Shown here: piece after piece, positions 63,081-64,000 of the stretch | Numbering within the stretch: position 1 is the stretch's first letter | How the letters are laid out: every line of letters starts with the position of its first letter | Assembly: GCA_965262725.1 (NCBI GenBank) | Contig: OZ253555.1 | Coordinates: 1 to 64,000, forward strand | Origin: Dehalococcoidia bacterium | GTDB lineage: Bacteria > Chloroflexota > Dehalococcoidia > UBA2979 | Direction of reading: 5' to 3' | Length of the DNA stretch: 64,000 nt | Translations under genes and position numbers: made by a program | The notes under the pieces: generated by a model | Databases searched by the model: none | What the model was told of the DNA's origin: nothing | Seen by the model: the letters and a program-made list of their open reading frames with translations, nothing else

Positions 63081-63752
63081 TCACGCTGACACGATGGCGA
63101 CACGGTAGGACGCCAGAATCTCTTCGACGTAGAGACGCGCGGCGCCGGTACCGAGACTCCGGTCTCTGAGGGGCACAGGCAGCCCGCCCGTCACCTCCTC
63201 GAAGCAGCCTGCCGGACAGCGGTCGCCGAAGAAGACGTACGCGAAGCCGTCGGGCTCCCGGTGTGAGCGCCACGTCAGGCCGCGTGCCCAAGGAGCCCAC
63301 AGGCGGATTGCCGATGCCCATCGCCGCGTGTTCGCGTAGTCAGCGGCAGAAGACGACGTCAGCCAGCTGTCCTGACCAACTGCTGCGAGCTCCTCGCCCG
63401 AACGGAGACCCACGAGTTCCACATCGAGTGTCGTCCGCAGCCAGCCGATGCTCACGTGCGACAGACGAACTCGCGGGAGCAGCCGTGCCCCACGCTCATC
63501 GATGGGGAGGTCGCGGAGCAGCGCCTCCGAGACCGCCGTCGCGTCGCGATCGGCCGCGTACAGGAACGGATAGTGGTCGCCCGGCACGGCATCGAAACGC
63601 CCCCCGCGAAGGTCGCTCTGGGCCACGGTCGGATTGAAAGCGGTGACGCCGAAAGAGGTGCTGTGGATGCGGGTGAGCATGGTGCCTGCGGGGAGCAGGA
63701 AGGGGGATGGCGTGCCGTTGTACTGCGAAGGTGGCCGTTGATCGGGCGGCAA
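63081..63752 (-). CDS. RES-domain toxin
   Basis: LTRIH, GGRFD, LYAA...AVSEALLR, GLTWRS. Confidence 0.85.
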   Translation of the reverse strand: MPPDQRPPSQYNGTPSPFLLPAGTMLTRIHSTSFGVTAFNPTVAQSDLRGGRFDAVPGDHYPFLYAADRDATAVSEALLRDLPIDERGARLLPRVRLSHVSIGWLRTTLDVELVGLRSGEELAAVGQDSWLTSSSAADYANTRRWASAIRLWAPWARGLTWRSHREPDGFAYVFFGDRCPAGCFEEVTGGLPVPLRDRSLGTGAARLYVEEILASYRVAIVSA

Positions 63753-63758
63753 TCGCGT

Positions 63759-64000
63759 CTAGCCGATCAGTTCGGTGGCCGCTTCGGCAGCAGCGACGAG
63801 GTCGTTCGCCCGCCGAGTCCCGACGAAGTCGGCGGGGCGGGCACCGAGGCGCGCGTGACGGGCGATCCACCACGATGCAACGCCCCACGGATCGTCCGCC
63901 GCCTCGAGTCGCTCGTTGACGGCCCGCACTTCGGCAAAGACATCGCGCCGCTCGGGGTCGAACTGGAAGGCCGGATACACGTAGCCGCGGCCAGCTGGAA
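63759..64000 (-). CDS. MbcA/Xre-like antitoxin C-terminal part (runs off the window)
   Basis: YVYPAFQFD...DPWGVASWW...LGARPAD, directly upstream of the RES gene. Confidence 0.7.
   Translation of the reverse strand, partial: PAGRGYVYPAFQFDPERRDVFAEVRAVNERLEAADDPWGVASWWIARHARLGARPADFVGTRRANDLVAAAEAATELIG

Overview
Very GC-rich accessory region, heavily decayed. Inferred host: Chloroflexota-like and possibly host-associated, from its NHL, RCC1 and plant-type LRR surface proteins. Contents: (1) two inward-facing remnants of one conjugative integrative-element (ICE) family, carrying a tyrosine integrase and excisionase, CHC2-TOPRIM primase, pilin, VirB6-like, VirD4-like ATPase, a double Replic_Relax relaxase and a SARP/BTAD regulator. 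Four transfer-promoter copies carry ~11-bp-periodic direct repeats whose core differs between arrays. (2) A three-fold repeated integrase/IS110-stub/hairpin/NYN unit separating different defence-like cargo. (3) An IS630 interrupted by a group II twintron (ORF-less intron inside the RT gene of a related intron). (4) Two complete IS21 elements with target duplications. (5) Decaying type I-G cas genes (csb1-csb2-cas3) with no cas8g, cas1 or array visible. (6) Many toxin-antitoxin modules. (7) A 2.37-kb IS1595 transporter element carrying two orphan ORFs and a 71-nt CCA-ended tRNA/tmRNA-like RNA with alanine identity elements, the best novelty candidate. All calls are by eye from motifs; no database searches were run. 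Several frameshifts sit in homopolymers and may be sequencing errors.
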